A stretch of DNA of 64,000 nucleotides from Bacteroidia bacterium (lineage in GTDB: Bacteria > Bacteroidota > Bacteroidia > UBA7662). The stretch lies in NCBI GenBank assembly GCA_041688385.1, contig JBDNIH010000168.1, positions 4,312 through 68,311 of the forward strand. The letters run 5' to 3'. The notes beneath the pieces were generated by a model. It was not told the origin of the DNA and made no database searches. It saw nothing but the letters and a program-made list of their open reading frames with translations. Positions 1 to 8,406 of this stretch are shown here, piece after piece (position 1 is the stretch's first letter; each line of letters begins with the position of its first letter). The position numbers and the translations under genes are program-made.

Positions 1-68
1 TCAAACCGCAAAAGGTGAAGTTCGAGGATGGGGAATAACAGAGGCGCTGACGCCTCCAGTATCCCCGT

Positions 69-1025
69 CTAGCTCGGCCTGTAGAGTATTTCCCAGCGCT
101 TCGCCATGAGCGCTTCATAGGCCTCCTGCATCTCCAACGACAAAAAGCTGCGTCTCAGTAATGCTTTGGCATCAGGCAGTTTTTTTTCAAAACGGTGAAA
201 GGCTGCTTCGATTTGTTTCGCAGTTAAGCCAAGTTTTTGACCGAATAGTTCGAAATGCGCCCGTTTTAGATTTTTCTTCTTTCCCAATAAGGTAAGCGCC
301 AATTCTTCTTCATCTGCAGGGTTGGCGATGGCCACGTTGAGCAGGTCATAAGCTGGTGCCAAAATCCAGCCCGAAGGCTGCTCAATCATCGAGAAATTTT
401 TCAAATGCATATCATTGTTCCCGGTGATGAAACAGAACAATGTCAGCTCAAAAAGGAGGATGCTATCCAGCAAAGGGTTAGCCGAGTAGGTGAGCAGCGC
501 TTTGCCTACTTTTTCCATGGAGCTTTTGTATTTATCGAAAGCTTCGGTGATTTGATACATATCGAGCATATGTATTTTTTCGCCTCTTGTTATCCGGTCG
601 ATTCTGCGGGTGAGAAAGGCCAATTCGCCCGAAACCAGCCGAATAAGGGTAGAAGGAGCGACACTTATCCCGAAAATTTCGGCCATCCGCATGGTGAGAT
701 GTTCGTTTTGAGGTAGTTCCTGATAATAACTGCTGGGGGGTTTGAGTATAAATAGCCCACCCATAGCTTCTGTCACGGTAAGGCGTTGGTTTGATTTGTC
801 AAGCGTATCTTTTATCGTGCTCAACGATAATTTAGCCTGAACACCCGGTACGGCTACACTACGTTCGATAACACTTTGGGCCAGTTCATTCATCTGGTCG
901 ATGGAGTAAGGGAGTGACGGTGGTTTAGTATGGCCAAAAAAAGTTTTAGAACAGCCAGGATGAAAATCCAGCGATGTCTCGAGGGGTAAGTAGCAGTACA
1001 AACACTTATTCATGGTCGGCTTCAT
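69..1025 (-). CDS. HipA-family Ser/Thr protein kinase, catalytic (HipA C-terminal) module only; HipT-like toxin of a split HipBST-type toxin-antitoxin locus
   Basis: The 318 aa protein carries the catalytic-loop motif GNNDMHLKNFSM (compare HipA GNxDxHxKNFS). It has a Gly-rich P-loop-like segment ERSVAVPGVQAKLSLS with a conserved Ser, aligning with the HipA autophosphorylation loop. There is an N-terminal CLYCYLPLE...HPGC mini-domain. Size matches HipT (about 335 aa) rather than full HipA (about 440 aa). The stop sits at 66-68 and the gene overlaps the upstream gene by 20 nt. Confidence 0.75.
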   Translation of the reverse strand: MKPTMNKCLYCYLPLETSLDFHPGCSKTFFGHTKPPSLPYSIDQMNELAQSVIERSVAVPGVQAKLSLSTIKDTLDKSNQRLTVTEAMGGLFILKPPSSYYQELPQNEHLTMRMAEIFGISVAPSTLIRLVSGELAFLTRRIDRITRGEKIHMLDMYQITEAFDKYKSSMEKVGKALLTYSANPLLDSILLFELTLFCFITGNNDMHLKNFSMIEQPSGWILAPAYDLLNVAIANPADEEELALTLLGKKKNLKRAHFELFGQKLGLTAKQIEAAFHRFEKKLPDAKALLRRSFLSLEMQEAYEALMAKRWEILYRPS

Positions 1026-1341
1026 GAATTGGGATGATACTTACTGCACCTATGCAGTTTTTGCAGCAGGCCAATAACAGTCCCATGGGGTCTTCTCGGT
1101 CTATTTTCCAATGGTTAGAGGCTATATCCAGTAACCAACCTTCGGGTATCAAACCTTCAAAAAAGGGGAAAAGCCGTGTGGACCTGTATTCTGCCTCTTG
1201 TACTGGCATCGCAAAGCTGAGGAAGTCGTTCGGGTGTTCGGCTACATACTTTGCGTCATATTGAAAGCCATATTCACCGTCGTCGGTTTCCCGAAGCAGG
1301 CCGGCCAAATGGTCTTTGTAAAAAACCTGTGCACTTCTCAT
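1006..1341 (-). CDS. HipA N-terminal-domain protein (HipS-like, free-standing Couple_hipA domain)
   Basis: The 111 aa protein has the HipA_N signature FFEGLIPEGW (compare HipA FFxNLLPEG) and the downstream D..GA-type segment CCKNCIGAVS. It is translationally coupled: a 4-nt ATGA overlap with the upstream HTH gene and a 20-nt overlap with the kinase gene. Sizes add up to a full HipA: 111 + 318 aa is about 440 aa. Confidence 0.7.
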   Translation of the reverse strand: MRSAQVFYKDHLAGLLRETDDGEYGFQYDAKYVAEHPNDFLSFAMPVQEAEYRSTRLFPFFEGLIPEGWLLDIASNHWKIDREDPMGLLLACCKNCIGAVSIIPIHEADHE

Positions 1342-1559
1342 GACATGCTCCGTTTGAGTGGCACGGGTGCTAGTTCGTGACCAAACATTTGTAGCACAAG
1401 GTTTACTTTATCGAGCTGCAAATTGGTTTTGCCTTGTTCGAGTTTTCTGATTACGGTCAAAGCCACACCTGCCCGCTCGGCAAATTCTTCCTGGGTTAGC
1501 TTTACGGCTTTGCGACGGGTTTTGATAAATTCCGCTAAATTTGATGTATGTATTTGCAT
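1338..1559 (-). CDS. XRE-family helix-turn-helix transcriptional regulator (HipB-like first gene of the module)
   Basis: The 73 aa protein matches the classic HTH_XRE (Cro/C1) pattern in LTQEEFAERAGVALTVIRKLEQGKTNLQLDKVNLVLQMFG. It is the first gene of a three-gene minus-strand operon and its stop overlaps the next start. Confidence 0.75.
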   Translation of the reverse strand: MQIHTSNLAEFIKTRRKAVKLTQEEFAERAGVALTVIRKLEQGKTNLQLDKVNLVLQMFGHELAPVPLKRSMS

Positions 1560-2187
1560 ATATTTTGTTTCAAATATAATAAATTATATGTTTTTAAATA
1601 TGATTTTGTTATAAAAAATTATTTTATACGTAATTGAATATGGAAACTATCTATAAATTGTTTTGCGCGCTTCATGCTTAAAAAAGGCTGATGGCATACA
1701 ATGGCTTTTCGACAATAAATTTCTTGTATTTGAAAAAGTAATGGTGACCCGCTAAGGTGGACGACCAATTTAGGGAGTTGGGGGAGTTGATTGAGTCCTG
1801 AAAAAGCGAGTTTTCGTTTTTGGGTGATTTGTTCAATGGGTAGTTGGGATAGCAGGATAGTAACAATACTGATGAATAGCGTAAGGGTAGTATAGCACTT
1901 CAACATTAAATGTTGTTAGAACAATTACTTATTTGCCACATCCCAATTGCTCTCTCCGCTTAAAAACTGGACTAGTTAGGCCGCATCTTTTCAGTGATTA
2001 ATCATTTTAGACTGTGGAGGCACAACTTCGAATTTGCGCTAATTGCTTAGCGAAAACCTCGTTTAAACAGGGTTCGATGAACGCACCGGGACGAGTAGTG
2101 GCCGCTTAACCAAAACACCCATCTGTCGAACTCCCTCAACTGCCCCACTGCCTCAACCCCCTCAACTCACTATTTCCCGCAACTATT

Positions 2188-2218
2188 TTTGCAGATATAT
2201 CCAGAATCATTACCTTTG
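2188..2218 (+). promoter_or_regulatory. Bacteroidetes sigma-A type promoter (TTTG-N19-TACCTTTG) for the yceD-rpmF-plsX-fabH operon
   Basis: TTTG sits at 2188-2191, then a 19-nt spacer, then TACCTTTG at 2211-2218, which matches the phylum -33/-7 consensus TTTG / TAnnTTTG. The ATG at 2229 implies a very short leader. Confidence 0.4.
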
Positions 2219-2228
2219 CAGTCCCGAA

Positions 2229-2774
2229 TTGGAAGCACTTCATGCATACAAGCTCCGGTTTTCAAGTCTGAATCTTGGATCCCATACGTTTGAATACAAC
2301 GTTGACGCCTCTTTTTTCGGCCATTTTCCGGGCAGTCTAATCACAGAAGGTGATTTGAAAGTAACGGTTGAGGTCGAGAAAAAAACAAGTGCCCTGCACT
2401 TACAATTCGGTATAAAAGGACAGATTGAACTGCCTTGCGACCGCTGCCTCTCATCTGTAATGGTGCCGGTAGACAGCTCAGCAAAGTTGGTAATCCGCCT
2501 CAGCGGTCAGCCTGGAACAGACGATGACGATCTGATTTGGTTGCCCATGACGGCGTACGAATACAATCTGTCCGCTTATATCTACGAAAACATCCATCTG
2601 AACATACCTTTGCGGGTAAGTTGTGAGATGGGACCGAATAAAGCTTGTCGTGCCGATGTGGAAGCGTTGCTTTCGAAATACAACGGTGAGGCAGCTGAAG
2701 AAGCAGCAGAAGAAGAGAAGACCGACGGTCCGATCGACCCACGCTGGGAGAAACTGAAAAATTTAAAGTTCTAG
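2229..2774 (+). CDS. yceD: YceD/DUF177 family protein (large-subunit rRNA accumulation protein)
   Basis: The 181 aa acidic protein has a Cys pair (CDRC...C) and a Glu/Ala-rich C-terminus. It sits immediately upstream of rpmF-plsX-fabH, the conserved yceD context. Confidence 0.7.
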   Translation: MEALHAYKLRFSSLNLGSHTFEYNVDASFFGHFPGSLITEGDLKVTVEVEKKTSALHLQFGIKGQIELPCDRCLSSVMVPVDSSAKLVIRLSGQPGTDDDDLIWLPMTAYEYNLSAYIYENIHLNIPLRVSCEMGPNKACRADVEALLSKYNGEAAEEAAEEEKTDGPIDPRWEKLKNLKF

Positions 2775-2778
2775 TAAG

Positions 2779-2970
2779 ATGCCAAATCCGAAACACCGCC
2801 ACTCGCGGAGCAGAAGAGACAAACGCCGCACGCATTACAAAGCAGAAGCTGCTACCGTAGCTACTTGCCCTACCACCGGCCAGCCGCACCTTTTCCACCG
2901 CGCCCATTGGTTCGAAGGTAAGATGTACTACAAAGGCAAGGTTGTTATCGACAACGCCGTTGCTGAGTAA
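2779..2970 (+). CDS. rpmF: 50S ribosomal protein L32
   Basis: The 63 aa protein begins [21 protein letters not shown], the typical L32 N-terminus. It sits between yceD and plsX. Confidence 0.85.
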   Translation: MPNPKHRHSRSRRDKRRTHYKAEAATVATCPTTGQPHLFHRAHWFEGKMYYKGKVVIDNAVAE

Positions 2971-2983
2971 GTAAATCAGGTCA

Positions 2984-3922
2984 GTGAATATAGGCATTGA
3001 CATGATGGGGGGCGATTTTGCCCCAGAAACCACCCTCGACGGTGTTGTACGTGCCCTCAAATCGTTGCCTGCCGATGTGCAGCTGACCCTTTTTGGTGAT
3101 CAGCAACAGCTAGCGGCCGGCCTTGAAAAGGCAGGGGTTTCTGCCCATCGACTTACACTGGTACATACCAGTCAAGTCATTGCTATGGGCGAACATCCCA
3201 CCAAAGCCATTCCCAAAAACCCCGACTCCAGTATTGTGGTTGGGTTTTCCTATTTACGCGCGGGTAAAATTGATGCCTTCGCAGGAACCGGAAATACTGG
3301 AGCCATGCTGGTAGGTGCCATGTACACGGTAAAGTCGATACCCGGCGTAATTCGGCCGGCCATCGCCTCCTTGGTGCCTAAAGAAGACGGCAGTCACGGA
3401 CTCATACTCGATGTGGGTGCCAATGCCGATTGCCGGCCAGATAGTTTGCTGCAGTTCGGCATACTTGGTAACCTTTACGCCAAACATATTCTCAAAATCG
3501 AAACCCCGCGGGTGGCATTGATGAATATTGGTGAAGAAGATGAAAAAGGAAATCTTTTAGCTCAGGCTTCCTTCAAAATGATGAAGGACAACGAGTTTTT
3601 CCAGTTTACCGGAAATATCGAAGGTCGCGATTTGTTTAATAACAAGGCGGATGTAATTGTATGTGACGGCTTTACCGGCAATGTACTCATCAAAATGGCG
3701 GAGTCATTTCATGAGTTGGTTACCCACCGCCAGATTGAACATCCTTTTTTCGACCGCTTCAATTATGAGAACTATGGTGGCAGTCCGATACTCGGTTTAA
3801 ATGCCCCTGTGGTCATAGGACATGGCATTTCGAGTGGTGTTGCCATCGAGAATATGATCCGGCATGCGGTAGAGATCGCAGGCTCGGGCTTGACCGATCA
3901 AATTCGGGAAGCGTTTAATTGA
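2984..3922 (+). CDS. plsX: Phosphate acyltransferase PlsX
   Basis: The N-terminus is IGIDMMGGDFAPE, and the GFTGNVLIK and HGIS motifs are present. It precedes fabH. Confidence 0.9.
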   Translation: MNIGIDMMGGDFAPETTLDGVVRALKSLPADVQLTLFGDQQQLAAGLEKAGVSAHRLTLVHTSQVIAMGEHPTKAIPKNPDSSIVVGFSYLRAGKIDAFAGTGNTGAMLVGAMYTVKSIPGVIRPAIASLVPKEDGSHGLILDVGANADCRPDSLLQFGILGNLYAKHILKIETPRVALMNIGEEDEKGNLLAQASFKMMKDNEFFQFTGNIEGRDLFNNKADVIVCDGFTGNVLIKMAESFHELVTHRQIEHPFFDRFNYENYGGSPILGLNAPVVIGHGISSGVAIENMIRHAVEIAGSGLTDQIREAFN

Positions 3923-4011
3923 TTTTGCTTAAAGCTGAAAAGTTCTAATTTGCACGTTCATTCCCGGTGAAGACGGGGAACAGCCGCTTGCTTATTTCCT
4001 GAAAAATAGTA

Positions 4012-5010
4012 ATGACAAAAATGACTGCAGCCATCACCGGCATACATGCCTGGGCGCCCGAAGACGTGGTGACGAACTTCGACCTTATGAAGGTCATGGA
4101 CACCAACGACGAATGGATTCAAACCCGCACCGGCATACGGGAGCGCCGTTTTTTCAAAACCCCCGGTTCTGCTACTTCTGATATAGGTGTTCATGCCGTA
4201 AACGGCCTCATGGCCAAAACCGGCCTGAAACCCGAAGAAATCGAACTCCTCATCTGCTGCACCGCCACACCTGATATGGCTTTTCCGGCTACCGCCAACA
4301 TCATTTGCGATAAAATCGGCGCCAAAAATGCCGCTGGTTACGATTTATCTGCCGCCTGCTCAGGCTTTTTATTCGGACTCACCACCGGTGCCAAGTTTAT
4401 TGAAGCCGGCATGTACAAAAAAGTCGTCATCGTAGGTGCCGATAAAATGACGTCCATCCTCAACCTCGAAGACCGTGCTACCGCCATCATCTTTGGCGAC
4501 GGTGGGGGAGCTGTTTTGCTCGAACCTAATTTCGAAGGCAACGGTGTCATCGATGCCATCATGCGCAGCGATGGTAATGGTCGCCATTATCTACACCAAA
4601 AAGCGGGTGGATCGGCAAAACCCGCTTCTATCGAAACCGTTGAAGCCAAGGAACATTTTGTGTACCAGGAAGGCAAAACCGTCTTCAAATTTGCGGTCAC
4701 CAATATGGCCGATACCGCTGCCGATATTATGGCTCGCAACAACCTAACCCCCGATGACGTAACCTGGCTCGTGCCCCACCAGGCCAACAAACGTATCATC
4801 GATGCCACCCGCGAACGTGTAGGTTTGCCCGAAGAACGCACCATGGTGAACATCGAACGTTACGGCAATACCACCAATGGCACCTTACCGCTTTGTTTGT
4901 GGGAATGGGAAAATAAGCTCAAAAAGGGAGATGTCCTCATACTTGCCGCCTTTGGTGGCGGGTTTACTTGGGGAGCCCTTTATTTAAAATGGGCATACGA
5001 CACGAAATAA
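4012..5010 (+). CDS. fabH: 3-oxoacyl-ACP synthase III (FabH)
   Basis: The 332 aa protein starts AITGIHAWAPEDVVTNFDL, has the active-site Cys in SAACSGF, and shows the HQAN and GNTT motifs of KAS III. Confidence 0.9.
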   Translation: MTKMTAAITGIHAWAPEDVVTNFDLMKVMDTNDEWIQTRTGIRERRFFKTPGSATSDIGVHAVNGLMAKTGLKPEEIELLICCTATPDMAFPATANIICDKIGAKNAAGYDLSAACSGFLFGLTTGAKFIEAGMYKKVVIVGADKMTSILNLEDRATAIIFGDGGGAVLLEPNFEGNGVIDAIMRSDGNGRHYLHQKAGGSAKPASIETVEAKEHFVYQEGKTVFKFAVTNMADTAADIMARNNLTPDDVTWLVPHQANKRIIDATRERVGLPEERTMVNIERYGNTTNGTLPLCLWEWENKLKKGDVLILAAFGGGFTWGALYLKWAYDTK

Positions 5011-5061
5011 TCAGACTTATTTTTGCCGCCGAATACCCGTAAATCATAACTTGCATTCCTT

Positions 5062-5628
5062 ATGGCCAGTACATCCGAATTTCGCAATGGACTATGCATC
5101 AAATTTAACCACGACATCTATAAAGTTGTGGAGTTCCTGCACGTAAAACCAGGTAAAGGGGCCGCTTTTGTGCGGACCAAACTCAAAAGCATGACCACCG
5201 GTCAGGTTTTGGAGAACACCTTTCCTTCAGGCGCTAAAATCGACATCGTCCGCATCGAAACCCGCGAATACCAATACCTCTACAAAGACGATATCGGTTT
5301 CCACTTCATGGACAGTGATACCTTTGAGCAAATCACTATCGAAAAACCACGCATCAATGCACCGGAATTCCTCAAGGAAGGCATTATCTGCCTCGTTTTG
5401 GTAAATACCGACGATGAAACCATATTAGGCTGTGAATTACCACAGCATATTGATTATGAAGTTACCTACACCGAACCCGGTGTGCGTGGCGATACCGCTT
5501 CGGGCAATGCTATGAAACCTGCTACACTCGAAACCGGCAATGCCATCAACGTACCGCTATTCGTGAATACCGGCGACCGTATTAAGGTCGACCCATCCGA
5601 AGGCCGTTATATTGAACGTGTAAAATAA
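5062..5628 (+). CDS. efp: Elongation factor P
   Basis: The 188 aa protein contains the EF-P KOW region with a conserved K (KPGKGAAFVRTKLK) and three OB-like domains. Confidence 0.9.
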   Translation: MASTSEFRNGLCIKFNHDIYKVVEFLHVKPGKGAAFVRTKLKSMTTGQVLENTFPSGAKIDIVRIETREYQYLYKDDIGFHFMDSDTFEQITIEKPRINAPEFLKEGIICLVLVNTDDETILGCELPQHIDYEVTYTEPGVRGDTASGNAMKPATLETGNAINVPLFVNTGDRIKVDPSEGRYIERVK

Positions 5629-5650
5629 AACACCATTAACCAAGAAAACC

Positions 5651-6118
5651 ATGGATCTGAAAGAAATACAGGACCTCATTCGCTTCGTATCGAAGTCGGG
5701 TGTAACTGAAGTAGCATTGGAAAAAGACGGTTTTAAAATCGTGATCAAGTCGGACCGTCCTTCAGAACAAATTGCTTACGTACAGCAGGCACCTATGATG
5801 ATGGCACCACCCGTACATGCCGCCCCAGCTGTTGCCGCCCCGGTAGCTGCCGAAGCTGCTCCAGTAGCTCCGGTCGCCGAAAGTGGTGTGCCCATTAAAT
5901 CACCAATGATTGGTACTTTTTATCGTTCAGCCGGTCCCGACAAAGAATTTTTCGTCAAGGTAGGCGACAGCGTAGAAAAGGGCCAGGTGGTTTGTATTAT
6001 CGAAGCCATGAAGCTGTTCAACGAAATCGAATCGGAGGTCAGTGGTACCATCCTTAAGGTATTGGTTGATAATGCTAATCCGGTTGAATACGACCAGCCT
6101 TTATTCCTGGTAGGATAA
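5651..6118 (+). CDS. accB: Acetyl-CoA carboxylase biotin carboxyl carrier protein
   Basis: It has an Ala/Pro-rich linker followed by the biotinyl-Lys motif EAMKLFNEIE, and it precedes accC. Confidence 0.85.
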   Translation: MDLKEIQDLIRFVSKSGVTEVALEKDGFKIVIKSDRPSEQIAYVQQAPMMMAPPVHAAPAVAAPVAAEAAPVAPVAESGVPIKSPMIGTFYRSAGPDKEFFVKVGDSVEKGQVVCIIEAMKLFNEIESEVSGTILKVLVDNANPVEYDQPLFLVG

Positions 6119-6168
6119 GGCCGGCATTTGCCGCCTAATCCATTGCTGAACGCTTAAAAAAACATATC

Positions 6169-7512
6169 GTGTTCAAAAAAATACTGATAGCCAATAGAGG
6201 CGAAATTGCATTACGCATCATCCGGACTTGCCGGGAGATGGGCATCAAAACGGTGGCGGTATATTCTACAGCCGATCGCGAGAGCCTCCATGTACGTTTT
6301 GCCGATGAAGCGGTGTGTATTGGTCCGCCCAAAAGCATCGATTCTTATCTTAATATCCCGAGTATTTTGGCCGCCGCCGAAATAACCAATGCCGATGCCA
6401 TTCATCCAGGCTATGGTTTTTTGTCGGAGAACGCTAAATTTTCTGAAATCTGCCGCGACTATGGTATCAAATTTATCGGTCCGTCGCCAGAGTCCATTTC
6501 TTCGATGGGTGACAAGGCTACTGCTAAGGAAACCATGAAAGCCGCCGGTGTTCCTGTTGTTCCGGGCAGCGAAGGGTTGATCGCGAGCATCGAATTGGCC
6601 AAAATAGAGGCCGAAAAAATTGGCTATCCGGTCATCATCAAGGCAACAGCCGGTGGTGGTGGTAAAGGCATGCGGGTGATCTGGAAAGCAGAAGATCTCG
6701 ATACCATGTTTGATCAAGCCAAACGGGAGGCAGCCGCTTCCTTTTCGAGCGACGGTTTGTATATGGAGAAATTCATCGAAGAGCCACGTCACATCGAAAT
6801 TCAAATCATCGGCGACCAATACGGTAAAGCTTGTCATTTGTCGGAGCGCGACTGTTCCATTCAGCGCCGTCACCAGAAATTGATTGAAGAAGCACCGTCA
6901 CCATTTATGACCGACGATTTACGTCAGCGTATGGGCGATGCAGCCATTCGCGGTGCGACGGCTGTGGGTTATGAAGGCGCGGGAACCATCGAGTTTTTGG
7001 TCGACAAACACCGTAACTTCTACTTCATGGAGATGAATACCCGTATCCAAGTAGAGCATCCGGTTACCGAGGAAATTATCTCTTATGACCTCATTAAGGA
7101 GCAAATTAAGGTAGCGAGTGGTATTCCCATCAGCGGTAAAAATTATCTTCCGAAGATGCACGCCATCGAGTGTCGTATCAACGCCGAAGATCCATACAAT
7201 GATTTCCGTCCGAGTCCAGGAAAAATCACCACCCTACATGTACCAGGTGGTCACGGGATACGGGTAGATACCCATATTTACAGCGGTTATACCATTCCGC
7301 CGTATTACGACTCGATGATTGCTAAGGTTATCTCTATCGCGCAAACCCGCGATGAAGCCATCGCTACCATGGAGCGCGCTTTGAGTGAGTTTGTGATAGA
7401 GGGCATCAAAACCACCATCCCTTTCCATGTCAAAATGCTGAAAGACGAAAACTTTCGTGCCGGCAACTTCAATACCCAGTATATGAATACCTGGGAGATG
7501 GGCGAGCAGTAA
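6169..7512 (+). CDS. accC: Acetyl-CoA carboxylase biotin carboxylase subunit
   Basis: The 447 aa protein has the ATP-grasp motifs [11 protein letters not shown] and GGGGKGMR and the [14 protein letters not shown] segment. Confidence 0.95.
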   Translation: MFKKILIANRGEIALRIIRTCREMGIKTVAVYSTADRESLHVRFADEAVCIGPPKSIDSYLNIPSILAAAEITNADAIHPGYGFLSENAKFSEICRDYGIKFIGPSPESISSMGDKATAKETMKAAGVPVVPGSEGLIASIELAKIEAEKIGYPVIIKATAGGGGKGMRVIWKAEDLDTMFDQAKREAAASFSSDGLYMEKFIEEPRHIEIQIIGDQYGKACHLSERDCSIQRRHQKLIEEAPSPFMTDDLRQRMGDAAIRGATAVGYEGAGTIEFLVDKHRNFYFMEMNTRIQVEHPVTEEIISYDLIKEQIKVASGIPISGKNYLPKMHAIECRINAEDPYNDFRPSPGKITTLHVPGGHGIRVDTHIYSGYTIPPYYDSMIAKVISIAQTRDEAIATMERALSEFVIEGIKTTIPFHVKMLKDENFRAGNFNTQYMNTWEMGEQ

Positions 7513-7536
7513 ATTCAAAATTTCAAATTCAAAATT

Positions 7537-7570
7537 GGGCTTGGTTCGTATTTCGGATCAAGCCCTTTTA
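7537..7570 (+). terminator. Rho-independent terminator after accC
   Basis: GGGCTTGG...CAAGCCC forms a hairpin that is followed by TTTT. Confidence 0.6.
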
Positions 7571-7816
7571 CTTTGTACGGCTTTCTGTTTTAATGGTTCT
7601 AAGGTGCTAAAGTGGTCTCTTTGCGGCTTCCTGAAAAGGTTGCAGTTTTTACGTTAAAACGGTGATTGGCTGACGCCTCAATAGTAGCACATTTCAGCGC
7701 ATCCGTTTTCTTCTGTTGTGAAGCTCGCACAAGCGAGGCCATTAATATTGAACTCGAAATTTTGAACTAAAACAGCTCGAACCTTTTTGAAAAAGAAGCG
7801 TTAACTTTGTAATCCT

Positions 7817-8401
7817 ATGACTATGCAGACCGTACAAAACCTCGTCACCATTTACAGCGAATCAACGCCGAATCCAGAAACGATGAAATTCGTTTCGAAT
7901 CGTTATATATTACCCGACGCTAGCCTCGAATTTACCGACGCTACGAGTGCCGCGGCAGGTTCGCCTTTGGCGGCTAAATTATTTGAATTTCCCTTTGTAC
8001 AGGGGATTTTTATGGCCTCGAACTTCGTTACCGTAACTAAAAAGACTACGGAAGACTGGTTCGAAATCACGCCTATCCTGAAAGATTTCGTGAAATCTTA
8101 TCTCGAATCAGGCATGGCTATTTTAGCTGAAAAGCAGGTCGTAGCAGATACCAGTAACGACAGCGAGACCATCAAACGTATTCGCCAAATTCTCACGGAT
8201 TACATTCAGCCAGCGGTAGAACAAGACGGCGGAGCCATCAGCTACAAACATTTTGACGAAACTACGGGTGTGGTAACGGTGACCCTTCAGGGTTCATGCA
8301 GTGGTTGCCCTTCTTCTATGATTACCCTTAAAGCGGGCATCGAAAACCTCCTGAAACGTATGTTGCCCGAGGTAACCGAAGTAATTGCCGACACGCAATA
8401 A
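7817..8401 (+). CDS. NfuA/Nfu-type Fe-S cluster scaffold (Nfu_N + NifU C-terminal domain)
   Basis: The 194 aa protein has a C-terminal CSGCPSS (CxxC) NifU-like motif and an N-terminal Nfu_N-like segment ESTPNPETMKF. Confidence 0.8.
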   Translation: MTMQTVQNLVTIYSESTPNPETMKFVSNRYILPDASLEFTDATSAAAGSPLAAKLFEFPFVQGIFMASNFVTVTKKTTEDWFEITPILKDFVKSYLESGMAILAEKQVVADTSNDSETIKRIRQILTDYIQPAVEQDGGAISYKHFDETTGVVTVTLQGSCSGCPSSMITLKAGIENLLKRMLPEVTEVIADTQ

Positions 8402-8406
8402 TTACC

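Noticed and set aside
1619-1906. A 95-aa minus-strand ORF lies upstream of the HTH gene.
   Set aside because: It sits in an AT-rich non-coding stretch, shows no motif and has atypical composition. It is probably not a fourth TA component, though this cannot be fully excluded.
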